The translations under genes were made by a program, and so were the position numbers. Under the pieces are notes generated by a model that saw nothing but the letters and a program-made list of their open reading frames with translations, made no database searches and was not told the origin of the DNA. 64,000 nt of DNA from Candidatus Levyibacteriota bacterium (GTDB taxonomy: Bacteria; Patescibacteriota; Microgenomatia; Levybacterales; GWA1-39-11): assembly GCA_039738415.1 (NCBI GenBank), contig JBCLLY010000001.1, positions 53,621-117,620 on the forward strand, written 5' to 3'. Of this stretch, positions 9,908 through 18,660 are shown piece by piece (position 1 is the first letter of the stretch; each line of letters starts with the position of its first letter).

Positions 9908-10639
9908 TTAAACCCCAACCTCCTCTCTATATGTTTTTCCGATTTCAAAATATAAATTAACAAATGTGCGCACGCGCGCCTCAGTCACAGAACCGTTTTG
10001 AATTATTTCACCTAATCTTCTGTGCATTTCTGCCAAAGGAATTGCTCTTAATTTGAGGCTTGCGGTAACAAAATAATTGTGCCTATAAGGCAAAACTGAA
10101 GGGAAAAAATCTTCTGCTTCAATTGGCACTTCTATCCTTTTATAATGAAAATCTGAGAAATCTGTTCTACTTATTTCATGCTCCCATTCACCATTTTTAT
10201 CAAAATAATGTATCTTTTCTGAACCAATGACTACCCCTCCATTATTAGGTAGTTTAACTTTAATATCTCTGTCTCTTCCAATCTCTATTGCTGGCAAATT
10301 ACTGACAAGCTTCTCAGTAATTTCAACCTTACTTATTCCATGAGGGGTCGACAATACTGCTTCCTGAAGAAATTCTGCCGTTTGTGGGCTTATTTGAGGA
10401 CGGATATTGCATTGCCAATCAAAAACTTCACCTTTATTATCTACACATCTTGAAAGAGAAAATGAATTCCCCCTCGATGTTCTACCATTTCTAATAATTT
10501 CACCCAAATCAGCTGAGCCTCTTTGTTCAACAATCCAATCTTCACCTAAAATCCTAGCATCTGGAAATCTGGAATCATAGGACACAACAACCATTCCCAC
10601 TTCCCTTGCTCTATTAAAATCTGAAAATTCTGGAGTCAT
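9908..10639 (-). CDS. hypothetical protein
   Basis: 243-aa ORF between uppS and era; no family recognised. Confidence 0.35.
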   Translation of the reverse strand: MTPEFSDFNRAREVGMVVVSYDSRFPDARILGEDWIVEQRGSADLGEIIRNGRTSRGNSFSLSRCVDNKGEVFDWQCNIRPQISPQTAEFLQEAVLSTPHGISKVEITEKLVSNLPAIEIGRDRDIKVKLPNNGGVVIGSEKIHYFDKNGEWEHEISRTDFSDFHYKRIEVPIEAEDFFPSVLPYRHNYFVTASLKLRAIPLAEMHRRLGEIIQNGSVTEARVRTFVNLYFEIGKTYREEVGV

Positions 10640-10684
10640 AATAACAATTATACCTTATTATAGGATATTATTCAACTTATGCAC

Positions 10685-11479
10685 TTATAAAGTAGCTACT
10701 TTTGGTCTTTCCGCGTTCGTGCGAGGTTCGCCCCCTGGTCTGCCACCAAGTCGTCTTTCTCTTTTTGAAAAATCAATTATCGCCTCAACTATATCTTTTG
10801 AACCTGAGTTTGGCAAAAGCTTTTCTATAAAATATAACTCGGAGTTGGTGCAAAGCCATCCCAAATCCGAAGTTCTTTTCTCACCCGAAGTTCTAACTAC
10901 CAAATCCGCCGGAGGTATTTCTCCTCCCCCGTCTCTGTATTTAATTAAAATTTCAGGTGTTATTTCCTTTACTTTATCCGCAAGCATTTTTTTATAAATC
11001 CTAAGCTCCTGATCTGCCCCTGAATAATCAACTGCAAGGGAGAATACTGTGCCCGTATTTTTTGCGGTCATTTTTTCAGCTTTTTCAAACCGCTCTCTTA
11101 AATACTCAGGAATTCTATCCTTTCTGCCGATATGAACTATCCTGCCGTTTTTTTCCATCGCATCCGGAATCATTTCCTTTAACGTACTATCAATTACCTT
11201 CATTATTCCATCTGCTTCCTCGCGCGTTCTGGACCAGTTATCAGCCGAAAATCCCCAAATGGTAACGTATTTTATAGGAAGCTGCCATAAATCGTTATAA
11301 ATACGCTTTATTGCCTCAGCACCGGCTCTATGCCCGGCTGTAATACTTTTTTGAGCAAGCTTTGCCCAACGCCCATTTCCATCAGGAATTAAAAGAAAAT
11401 GCTTTGGAAATTTTTCAGTAGGAACTTTTTTTAGTTCTGGAAATTTTTCCCAGACCGTTTTTTCAGTTTTTGAGAACAT
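10685..11479 (-). CDS. uppS: isoprenyl transferase (undecaprenyl diphosphate synthase)
   Basis: LIPDGNGRWA motif and the cis-prenyltransferase fold signature. Confidence 0.85.
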   Translation of the reverse strand: MFSKTEKTVWEKFPELKKVPTEKFPKHFLLIPDGNGRWAKLAQKSITAGHRAGAEAIKRIYNDLWQLPIKYVTIWGFSADNWSRTREEADGIMKVIDSTLKEMIPDAMEKNGRIVHIGRKDRIPEYLRERFEKAEKMTAKNTGTVFSLAVDYSGADQELRIYKKMLADKVKEITPEILIKYRDGGGEIPPADLVVRTSGEKRTSDLGWLCTNSELYFIEKLLPNSGSKDIVEAIIDFSKRERRLGGRPGGEPRTNAERPKVATL

Positions 11480-11542
11480 AAAAATTTGTTACAGGTTTAT
11501 ATTTTACTAAATGTGAAAATAAAGTACAAATCCTATTACATT

Positions 11543-12202
11543 TTAAATATAACGTGCGATAAATTGCGTTCTGTGAGAAAAACTGGGACCAAATTCCTTA
11601 AGCGCATTCCGATGATTTAAGGTTCCATAACCTTTATGCGCTTCAAATCCGTATTCTGGATATTTGGCAGATAAATCAGTCATCACTTTATCACGCTCAA
11701 CTTTTGCGATAATTGAGGCAGCGGCAATTGAAATACTGCGGCTATCCCCTCTTATTATCCCTTTTTGCTTGCCCGCCATAGCCTTGGCGGCGGCGGGAGA
11801 AAACATTTTATCTGGAATTTGGAACGCATCAATAAGAAGGTATGGATTTTGTATTTTTCGAAACAATTCTTCAGCCACCTCTCTCATACCTTCATATGTT
11901 GCCTTACCAATTCCGATTTTATTTATTGTTGAAACAGGGATTAAACTTATGTGCCAACATTGAGCTAATTTTTTTATGACCAAACTCAACTCTTCGCGCC
12001 TTTTCTTAGAAAGCTTTTTTGAATCATTGATGCCAATGGAAAGTAAATATTCCTTTTCTTTTTGTTTTAAATTTGAAGAAAAAACTACTCCTCCAACCCC
12101 AACCGGTCCGGCAAAAGCACCTCTGCCTACCTCATCAATACCTATTACTGAAAAACCCTGATCCCACAATGGAGTCTCGTAAGACAAATCGGGAAGTATC
12201 AT
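11543..12202 (-). CDS. rnhB: ribonuclease HII
   Basis: GIDEVGRGAFAGPV N-terminal catalytic motif; 219 aa. Confidence 0.85.
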   Translation of the reverse strand: MILPDLSYETPLWDQGFSVIGIDEVGRGAFAGPVGVGGVVFSSNLKQKEKEYLLSIGINDSKKLSKKRREELSLVIKKLAQCWHISLIPVSTINKIGIGKATYEGMREVAEELFRKIQNPYLLIDAFQIPDKMFSPAAAKAMAGKQKGIIRGDSRSISIAAASIIAKVERDKVMTDLSAKYPEYGFEAHKGYGTLNHRNALKEFGPSFSHRTQFIARYI

Positions 12203-12448
12203 AAATTTAGTATATCAAAAGGAAATATCCATTTTGTCCCATGTATCGATTATCCTATCACAACAATCCACCCCTTCAGTTAAGCACCGCAAGCGACGAT
12301 AAGAAATACCTAGTCCCCTTGTGGGGCAATAGTTAGTACCAATGGGGTATATAGTCCTTAATCAGAACCGAAATTGAAAATAGTTAAAGTGGGTGGAATT
12401 GGGAGGCGTCCCGAGTTTTACCTCGGGACGCCGGATCTGTTGAAAGTG

Positions 12449-13225
12449 TTAGTTGATAGTGACAACCCCTTCCCGAAAGAAAAGTGTGTGGTTGGCCTCA
12501 AGGTGGGCAAGGAGCCGTAGGAGGCCGCTGTGGATGAATTGATCACCCTCTGAAGCTAGCCCTTTGAGGCTGAACGGCACGAAAACGCACCGTTTGATGC
12601 CCTCGTAAGCATCAATCATGCCTGCCTCTGCGATCACGTAGTTGTCTCCTTCCGCAGGCTCGAGAGCATCGAAAGGAACACGGTTGGCCATCATGGCAAT
12701 GCCATCAGGCTGGTTTTCTTCGTGATTGTAGGTCAAAAAGAAAGTAGAATTCGGGTTGATCCCGTCCCCACTCAACGCGAAAAACGTGTTTTCATCCGAC
12801 GAGTACCCCGTTTCCTCGAGACCTTCCCGTTGGGCGGTCTGAAGAACGGTTTCGTAGCGGTCGCGCATTCCTCGAGGCAGTTCTGTGACAGTGTTTCCTT
12901 CACGCGGATCGCGGAAAGGCCGTCGTACCTCAACGGTACCTATGTACACCCTACCATCCGGATGGATAGCAAGGGGTACGATGACAACACCGCCGCCGTG
13001 AACCTCACGATATACGGGCTGCGACCACTTGCCGTCGGGGTGACTACCCCAATCCAACTGATGCCCTTGCGACTCATTGATTAGAGTCAAATGGCTCAGA
13101 TGGATTTCCACCCCGTCAGAAAAGATCCTCCACCGCTGGTTGTAACCTGCAGGTAGAGGGTTCGGAACGGAATGAAGCAATGGTATCGGAACTTGGGAAC
13201 TGTTGGACACAATGGTCCTCCTCAA
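12449..13225 (-). CDS. NUDIX hydrolase (GC-rich, likely horizontally acquired)
   Basis: Nudix box ELPRGMRDRYETVLQTAQREGLEETG. Local GC roughly 55% vs about 35% in flanking DNA. Confidence 0.6.
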   Translation of the reverse strand: MRRTIVSNSSQVPIPLLHSVPNPLPAGYNQRWRIFSDGVEIHLSHLTLINESQGHQLDWGSHPDGKWSQPVYREVHGGGVVIVPLAIHPDGRVYIGTVEVRRPFRDPREGNTVTELPRGMRDRYETVLQTAQREGLEETGYSSDENTFFALSGDGINPNSTFFLTYNHEENQPDGIAMMANRVPFDALEPAEGDNYVIAEAGMIDAYEGIKRCVFVPFSLKGLASEGDQFIHSGLLRLLAHLEANHTLFFREGVVTIN

Positions 13226-13531
13226 ATAATTTCTCCTTAACGGAGAATTCGTCCACTAAATATAATGGAAAAATTCCCCGCAAGGAGTTTGCTTTCAACA
13301 GATTTTTAATGTGCCTTTGTACAATAAAAACCGGAGCTGTTCCAGCTTCTTATACAAAACAAGATATTCTACCTGAAAATCAGCTAAATGTCAATATTAT
13401 AGGATTCAATATTATGGGTTTTGAGCCTAAATCAGTGAGTGTATTAAAAAAGCTTTCTATCTATTATTGAACAAATATTTAAGAAGATTCGAAAGATTGA
13501 GTAATATCATCCTTGAGACTATAATCTCATT

Positions 13532-14206
13532 ATGAGCGCAGAATTTTTTTTCCAACACCACCCCCCTGTCCCTGAACTAAAACTCGCTATTGAGTCAAAC
13601 ATAAGAGAACAAGGCTCTAAAGACGAACCGGTAATTTATCTCGCGAAAAAACTTGCAGAATTTGCCGAAGAAGGATTACATACAGTAAATAATAGATTAG
13701 CTAATCAATATAAATATCTCCATCCCCATAAATTTAGAGATACCCTTTTTGCAATAACAAAGCTAGATAATGCTTATATTATTTTTTCAAATACAATTGT
13801 ATCGTTAGATGATGCTTTTAAGACGGGTAAATTTAATAATGCAGAATTTGAAAGAAGGATAAGAAAAGCATATGCAGGAACACCTTTTCGTTTTGAGGAT
13901 ATTGGTCTGCCACCTGTTGAGGAAATAAGTTCTGAATTTCTTGATACACAAAAATTAATGAGGGAAAAGGATCCAACATTCACCACATTCTTGCAAAATC
14001 CCCGCTGGCTTCCTGCTGGTCATCGACAAAGGCTTGAGGATATGGGAATATTGGATTTTTTCGCAAGACAAGGAATAATAGAGAGATGGAACAGCACTGC
14101 TATGAGTGCAGTCAATCTTTGCTCCGTACTACCTGAAAATGAATCTCTTGGGTTAGACTATAAACCAGATGAAGAATATATAGTGCAATTACTTAGAAAT
14201 TTTTAA
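13532..14206 (+). CDS. hypothetical protein
   Basis: 224-aa ORF; no family recognised. Confidence 0.35.
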   Translation: MSAEFFFQHHPPVPELKLAIESNIREQGSKDEPVIYLAKKLAEFAEEGLHTVNNRLANQYKYLHPHKFRDTLFAITKLDNAYIIFSNTIVSLDDAFKTGKFNNAEFERRIRKAYAGTPFRFEDIGLPPVEEISSEFLDTQKLMREKDPTFTTFLQNPRWLPAGHRQRLEDMGILDFFARQGIIERWNSTAMSAVNLCSVLPENESLGLDYKPDEEYIVQLLRNF

Positions 14207-14452
14207 AACACCTAACACCCTCTTATACAAATACACCAGTAGTAAAATTATCAGAATTCCAAATATAGTATAAAAGTATGACAGATAATTATCCTTTAAC
14301 CTCCATAAGCTTGAAGAAACGAATAATTTTGCAAACTTATCAAAATAGAAAAATACGATAGGATGAAGCGCAAAAAGAGCCAGGCCGGTTCATCAGGAAA
14401 ATTAACAGTTTTTACAGTTGTTCTTGTGGATGTTAATGTAATTACAGTCAGA

Positions 14453-15184
14453 TTATATCGCTTTTCCAGTAAATTTTACTTTTTTCGCAAATTTAAAGCT
14501 TCTTTCAATCCCCTCAAGGATGGCTTGTTTTTGCTCAGTAGAATAATCTGTATTTTTATTCACTCTTTCTGAAAGTCCTTGAGAATACTCTTCAAATCCA
14601 TCCTCACCGTTATTCAGGTAATACGCAAAACTTAATCGGGCTAGAGGATGAAAGTGTAGCACAATGCCAGCGTCAGTCCACGTAACTCCCTTACCCTCCA
14701 ACCATTCTTTTATTTCAGTGTTCAATGCTGTTTTTTGAGTGGGCGAAATTTCTGGCTCGGCTGGAAGTAACTCAAAATCCCCTCTTCTTGTTTTTGCAAG
14801 GGCAAAAGCAAAGCCAATTTTATATCCGTCTTGATAATGATTCAACGGACTTTTACCGAGATGTTTGTACTCGTCACTTTTAGGAACATTTAACCTCATG
14901 CCATCGGAAAGTCCTTCGATGCCGGAAGTGCCTTCAACTTTTGGATCTTGCACTACTATATGCATAAAACTTTCGTGAATACCAATCTGGTCAGGTTGGG
15001 TAATTCCAATTTCAGCAAGTCTCTTTACAACCGAATTCATGTAGCCCATGATGTATGCCGTTGCTATTTCCGGTGATGTTATTCCTCTTACTGCATCAAC
15101 CACAATCGGTTTACCCGCCTCTGCTCGGTGCACACCTTGTTCATATCTATGAAGCATTTTTCCAGCAAAATTACCTCTTTCCAT
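14453..15184 (-). CDS. hypothetical protein
   Basis: 243-aa ORF; no family recognised. GC-rich structured element lies in its 5' leader region. Confidence 0.35.
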   Translation of the reverse strand: MERGNFAGKMLHRYEQGVHRAEAGKPIVVDAVRGITSPEIATAYIMGYMNSVVKRLAEIGITQPDQIGIHESFMHIVVQDPKVEGTSGIEGLSDGMRLNVPKSDEYKHLGKSPLNHYQDGYKIGFAFALAKTRRGDFELLPAEPEISPTQKTALNTEIKEWLEGKGVTWTDAGIVLHFHPLARLSFAYYLNNGEDGFEEYSQGLSERVNKNTDYSTEQKQAILEGIERSFKFAKKVKFTGKAI

Positions 15185-15235
15185 GACGGTATTATATAAT
15201 AATTATCAGCTAAAGCATACATTATGTAAATAAAC

Positions 15236-15540
15236 ATTTTTATATGTCATGAGCGGCTGGATGGCTCTGCTGCGCCCGCTCATTCGAGTCTGAGCCTGAG
15301 GGCTTCGGCCGTGAGCTCAGCCGAATCGGCTCTTCCCTCAGAGTCGAAGATCTGCGGAGGGAGTCTGTCGAAGGGTTAGGACTTATTATTTAACGGAACA
15401 AGCGATAACTTTTAAGTAAACCAAGTCGTTTCCAACAGCGCTGTCATCGCGAGGCTACGAAGTAGACGGGGCGGTCTCATGAGATTGCTTTGTTACACTC
15501 CCTCCAAAGGCGGGCACAGCAGGGTAAACTTCTCATCCAT
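15236..15540. ncRNA. GC-rich highly structured element of unknown identity (candidate ncRNA, leader or REP cluster)
   Basis: Nested perfect stems: ATGAGCGG...CCGCTCAT; CTGAG-GGCUUCGGCC-GUGAG-CTCAG with a UUCG tetraloop; AGCCGAAUCGGCU; GAGTCTGAG...CTCAGAGTC. No ORF. RNase P P4 (AGGAAAGUCCGGGC) and the tmRNA tRNA-like end are not found. Confidence 0.3.
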
Positions 15541-15554
15541 TCAGCTTTATATTT

Positions 15555-15585
15555 AAAAAAACCAGACAAAAGTCTGGCTTTTTTA
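15555..15585. terminator. bidirectional intrinsic terminator (ACCAGAC-aaaa-GTCTGGC flanked by A6/T6 runs)
   Basis: aaaaaaaccagacaaaagtctggctttttt. Confidence 0.55.
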
Positions 15586-15589
15586 AATG

Positions 15590-15660
15590 CAGGGCCGGAT
15601 GGAATCGAACCATCTTCAAAAGTTTTGGAGACTTCTATTCTACCGGTAAACTACGGCCCT
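15590..15660 (-). tRNA. tRNA-Trp (anticodon CCA)
   Basis: Minus-strand fold: acceptor AGGGCCG/CGGCCCT, anticodon stem GAAGT/ACTTT with loop CUCCAAA, T-arm GATGG-TTCGATT-CCATC. D-stem is AU/GU-rich. Confidence 0.7.
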
Positions 15661-15791
15661 AAGGTTTTAAAGTACTGCTATACATTATATTTCATCTCTT
15701 ACCTCAAGTAAATCAAAAGTCCATACAATAACACCCGGCAGTTCTACATATCCTACAGAGACCCTACATACCCTATCATTTTTAATCTTGT

Positions 15792-15815
15792 GTATCATAT
15801 ATTAATATATAATAC
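15792..15815. promoter_or_regulatory. 24-bp palindrome GTATCATATATTAATATATAATAC (1 mismatch copy of the recurring operator-like palindrome)
   Basis: Seen at 4 sites (15792, 16254, 60106, 62456). Confidence 0.4.
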
Positions 15816-15855
15816 AATACCCTCAAATACCAAACAACATTCACTAAGCAGTAAA

Positions 15856-16248
15856 TTACGGCTTCATTCTACCCGAGGCAGCGCTAAGAGAATATGAGGC
15901 AAAGTCAACAAGAACTTTTTTTAACTCCTGCATTATTTTATCTTCATTTATTTTATTACGAGCAATTTCAAAACCCCTAGGTCGTAGGTTTAAAAATAGC
16001 TGCATCCTGTTTATGGTTATCTTTGTAACTCCTAGTGCTTCTGAAATCGCAGCATCATCAATCCCTTCTTGCAAGAGTGTTATAATCGCCAAACGCTTGG
16101 CAAGCATTATGCGTTCAGTTTCTGATAGTATTGAAAAGAGAAATTCTTTAGTTTCATTATTATTTAACTTCCCCAGAACCATTGCAAATACTTGTAAAAT
16201 TTCCTTCTTCGTCCTGGGGTCAAGTTCTCGTGGTGATAAATGCGGCAT
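15856..16248 (-). CDS. TrpR-like (YerC/YecD family) DNA-binding protein
   Basis: Helix-turn-helix region ...AKRLAIITLLQEGIDDAAISEALGVTKITINRMQ... typical of the TrpR-related family. Start placed at ATG (MPHLSP...) because the TTG at 16284 would translate the palindrome. Confidence 0.55.
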   Translation of the reverse strand: MPHLSPRELDPRTKKEILQVFAMVLGKLNNNETKEFLFSILSETERIMLAKRLAIITLLQEGIDDAAISEALGVTKITINRMQLFLNLRPRGFEIARNKINEDKIMQELKKVLVDFASYSLSAASGRMKP

Positions 16249-16253
16249 ATTTC

Positions 16254-16275
16254 TATCATATATTAATATATGATA
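16254..16275. promoter_or_regulatory. perfect palindrome TATCATATATTAATATATGATA immediately upstream of the TrpR-like gene start (candidate operator)
   Basis: Perfect 22-bp inverted repeat 6 bp from the ATG. Confidence 0.45.
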
Positions 16276-16737
16276 TATCGTCAAGCTACTTTAAGTAAAC
16301 AATTATGGAAGAATAGCAATGTACTTAAATGTACTTAAATGTGCTTATAAGAGAATCTCTCCTTGTCTTCCATAAGCCATATATAGAACAAGGTCTTTAA
16401 CTTTCTAAAAATTCGCGTTTTAATATTAAAGACGAGGCGAAAACCAAAATAAAAATTAAGCAGTTTATGATTAAATCTACCCCAACCTTTCTATTGGAAA
16501 ATCTTCAACTACTCGTTTGTGAATTATATATCGATATATAATTCACTGATATAAAAGGCTAATTTGAATATTGACACTCTGGTTGAACACTATTTAAAAG
16601 CTAAAAATCTGCTCTACCACCGGCAGCTTTTATGGAATATGAGGCTAATCTCACTAACATGTTTTTTATTTCTCTCATTGCCTGATCCTGATTTATTTTA
16701 GACATAGGCAGTTCAATTTTGCTATGATATAACCTAA

Positions 16738-17406
16738 GTGGAAAAAGTAAAAAAGCATATCAAGGAAAAACAGCTCACTGTCTCAAGGCACTGGAAATCC
16801 CTCCTGATTTTTGGTGTTGTATTTTTCACTATATTTATAATTTTTACCTTCATGGTTAGAGCAAATATGCTAACTGCTTTTGACTTTGATGCAACAGTAA
16901 GACTTCAAGACGATATTCCACTAAGATTTGACTCCTTCTTTTCAACGATTTCCATTCTCGGACGGTTTGAGTACACTTTTGGGGCATTTGTATTTGCTTT
17001 ACTATTTAGAAGACGAATTTTAGGCATAATCCCCTTCTTCTTATTTGGATTCGCGCACGTAATTGAGTTAATCGGAAAAACTATTTTAGAACATCCGGGA
17101 CCACCCCGTATGTTTTTACGCTCTCAATTCGGCGATTTCCCTGGACTTTATGTGTTTACAAATGGGTCTTATCCATCGGGTCATTCTCTACGGATAGTAT
17201 TTCTATCAATCGTATTTACTTACTTTATATTTAATTTTAAAAGACTTCCAAAACATATTAGGTTTGCGCTTTTTGCGCTTATCTTCGCGGTATTTTTTAT
17301 AATGCTCATATCCCGTGTAAGCTTGGGCGAACACTGGACAACCGATGTTATAGGGGGGTCACTTCTGGGTGCTTCTTTTGCCTTCTTAGCGCTAATTTTT
17401 CTTTAA
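16738..17406 (+). CDS. PAP2 family membrane phosphatase
   Basis: Multiple TM helices plus PAP2 motif SYPSGHS and a later SRxxxxxHxxxD-like block. Confidence 0.6.
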   Translation: MEKVKKHIKEKQLTVSRHWKSLLIFGVVFFTIFIIFTFMVRANMLTAFDFDATVRLQDDIPLRFDSFFSTISILGRFEYTFGAFVFALLFRRRILGIIPFFLFGFAHVIELIGKTILEHPGPPRMFLRSQFGDFPGLYVFTNGSYPSGHSLRIVFLSIVFTYFIFNFKRLPKHIRFALFALIFAVFFIMLISRVSLGEHWTTDVIGGSLLGASFAFLALIFL

Positions 17407-17415
17407 AATAGAGGG

Positions 17416-17589
17416 TTACTTCAGCTTATCTTCTTCCTTGTGCGCCGTCTTTTTTTTGCAAGTACGACAGTACTTTACCAATTGAAGCTTTTCAGGTGTA
17501 TTTATCTTATTTCTACTAGTAATGTAATTGCGTCGTTTACAAACTTTACAATCAAGCCCTAATTTTAGTCTTGTACCTTTTTTTGCCAT
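17416..17589 (-). CDS. rpmG: 50S ribosomal protein L33
   Basis: 57-aa translation MAKKGTRLKLGLDCKVCKRRNYITSRNKINTPEKLQLVKYCRTCKKKTAHKEEDKLK with two CxxC pairs. Not in the ORF track because it is under 60 aa. Confidence 0.8.
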   Translation of the reverse strand: MAKKGTRLKLGLDCKVCKRRNYITSRNKINTPEKLQLVKYCRTCKKKTAHKEEDKLK

Positions 17590-17671
17590 GAGGGTAATTA
17601 TAAATTATAAACTTTAAATTAGCAATATATTTGAAGGTATTTAATGTCAGTTAATCCGAGATAATCTTGAA

Positions 17672-17760
17672 TCCTAAATCTTAGGTCTTAAGTCTTAGGT
17701 CTCAAGTCTTAGGTCTTAAGTCTTAGGTCTCAAGTCTCAGGTCTTAAGTCTTAGGTCTTG
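17672..17760. repeat. tandem repeat of about 14-bp unit (AGTCTTAGGTCTYA)
   Basis: cttaggtcttaagtcttaggtctcaagtcttaggtcttaag... Related copy at 43600-43625 in reverse orientation. Confidence 0.8.
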
Positions 17761-17783
17761 AGCATTACACTATTTGAGCCTTC

Positions 17784-17804
17784 GGTCCCGCTTAGCGGGA
17801 CGAC
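17784..17804. repeat. recurrent hairpin GGTCCCGCTTAGCGGGACGAC (copy 1 of at least 7)
   Basis: Other copies at 21897, 29627, 38578 (TTT-loop variant), 38804, 38861 and 56952. Confidence 0.7.
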
Positions 17805-17844
17805 CTAGTTCTTATCCCAGTCGTTTCTTGTCGCGCAAAAAATG

Positions 17845-17916
17845 AGCCCAAAGGGGGAATCGGACCCCCGACCTAGTTCTTACCAAGAACTCGCTCTACC
17901 ACTGAGCCATTTGGGC
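17845..17916 (-). tRNA. tRNA-Thr (anticodon GGT)
   Basis: Cloverleaf: acceptor GCCCAAA, D-arm GCTC-AGTGGTA-GAGC, anticodon stem AGTTC/GAACT with loop UUGGUAA, T-arm GGGGG-TCCGATT-CCCCC. Confidence 0.75.
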
Positions 17917-17924
17917 ATACGCGC

Positions 17925-18045
17925 GACTTAGAACGACGGGATCCCGTACATCTAAGCCAATTCTATCAAATTGGCAAGATGGTACTGGGGCCAAGAACTC
18001 GCTCGGACCCTGTCCGCCTCTGGCGGAACTGAGCCATGCCGGCAA
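17925..18045 (-). pseudogene. degenerate tRNA-Thr-like fragment carrying a CCGCCAGAGGCGG hairpin insertion
   Basis: GCCGGCATGGCTCAGTT + CCGCCAGAGGCGG + ...GAGCGAGTTCTTGG shares D-arm/anticodon-stem sequence with the adjacent tRNA-Thr(GGT) but cannot fold as a tRNA. Confidence 0.4.
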
Positions 18046-18161
18046 CACTAGGCTATTTTATCAATAAGAATTACTAAAAACTAGACCTTGAATATATACT
18101 TTACGGATAGATTGGCTTGAAGGTAAACATATATTCAGGTAAAATATAGTTTGTGCTGCGA

Positions 18162-18231
18162 TGGCGGATCACCGCCCTAGCGGGACAAGGTGGTCAATCG
18201 CATCCCGACGTTACGTCGGGGCGCCCGTTTG
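18162..18231 (+). pseudogene. 5' portion of a degenerate tRNA-Tyr-like gene (acceptor and D-arm intact, anticodon arm replaced by TCCCGACGTTACGTCGGGG); ends in 42-bp direct repeat DR1 (18190-18231)
   Basis: GCTGCGATGGCGGA...GTGGTCAATCGCA...CGCCCGTTTG matches tRNA-Tyr(GTA) at 18485 in acceptor, D-loop and variable-arm segments. Confidence 0.45.
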
Positions 18232-18235
18232 CAAT

Positions 18236-18478
18236 ATGTATTATATTTATATATTAGTAAACTCAAGTGAAAAATATTACGTTGGAAGCACATCGCAGAT
18301 TGGAAAGAGACTAAAAAAACATAACGATGGCGGAGCTATTTGGACAAAAAAATACAGACCTTGGAAATTAATATACAGTGAGGAATTTGAACTAAAATCT
18401 GAAGCTGTAAAAAGAGAAAAACAAATAAAAGCTTATAAAGGCGGAAATGCATTTAAAAAACTTGTAAATAAAAAATAA
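18236..18478 (+). CDS. GIY-YIG nuclease family protein (small, YhbQ-like)
   Basis: MYYIYILVNSSEKYYVGSTSQIGKRLKKHN... has GIY-YIG motifs (YIYIL ... YVGST ... R ... H). Confidence 0.75.
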   Translation: MYYIYILVNSSEKYYVGSTSQIGKRLKKHNDGGAIWTKKYRPWKLIYSEEFELKSEAVKREKQIKAYKGGNAFKKLVNKK

Positions 18479-18484
18479 TCTAGT

Positions 18485-18569
18485 GCTGCGATGGCGGAGT
18501 GGTCAATCGCAACAGACTGTAAATCTGTCGCCCGTTTGGGCTACGTAGGTTCAAATCCTACTCGCAGCA
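18485..18569 (+). tRNA. tRNA-Tyr (anticodon GTA), long variable arm
   Basis: Acceptor GCTGCGA/TCGCAGC, anticodon stem ACAGA/TCTGT with loop CUGUAAA, variable arm CGCCCGTTTGGGCTAC, T-arm GTAGG-TTCAAAT-CCTAC. Confidence 0.85.
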
Positions 18570-18589
18570 CAAATAGTTAAGATTGCTCA

Positions 18590-18660
18590 GTGGTCAATCG
18601 CATCCCGACGTTACGTCGGGGCGCCCGTTTGGGCTACGTTCCGCCAAGGCGGAACTCGCA
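18590..18660 (+). pseudogene. 3' portion of degenerate tRNA-Tyr-like gene (DR2 18590-18631; T-arm replaced by TTCCGCCAAGGCGGAA; acceptor 3' strand CTCGCAGCAC intact)
   Basis: 42-bp near-identical direct repeat of 18190-18231, followed by tRNA-Tyr 3' end. Confidence 0.45.

Noticed and set aside
15236-15540. RNase P RNA or tmRNA assignment for the GC-rich structured element.
   Set aside because: Universally conserved P4 sequence (AGGAAAGUCCGGGC) is absent. There is no tRNA-like 3' domain, no tag-peptide frame ending ALAA-stop, and no SRP helix-8 motif.
15490-15711. Plus-strand 73-aa ORF.
   Set aside because: It overlaps the terminator hairpin and tRNA-Trp on the opposite strand.
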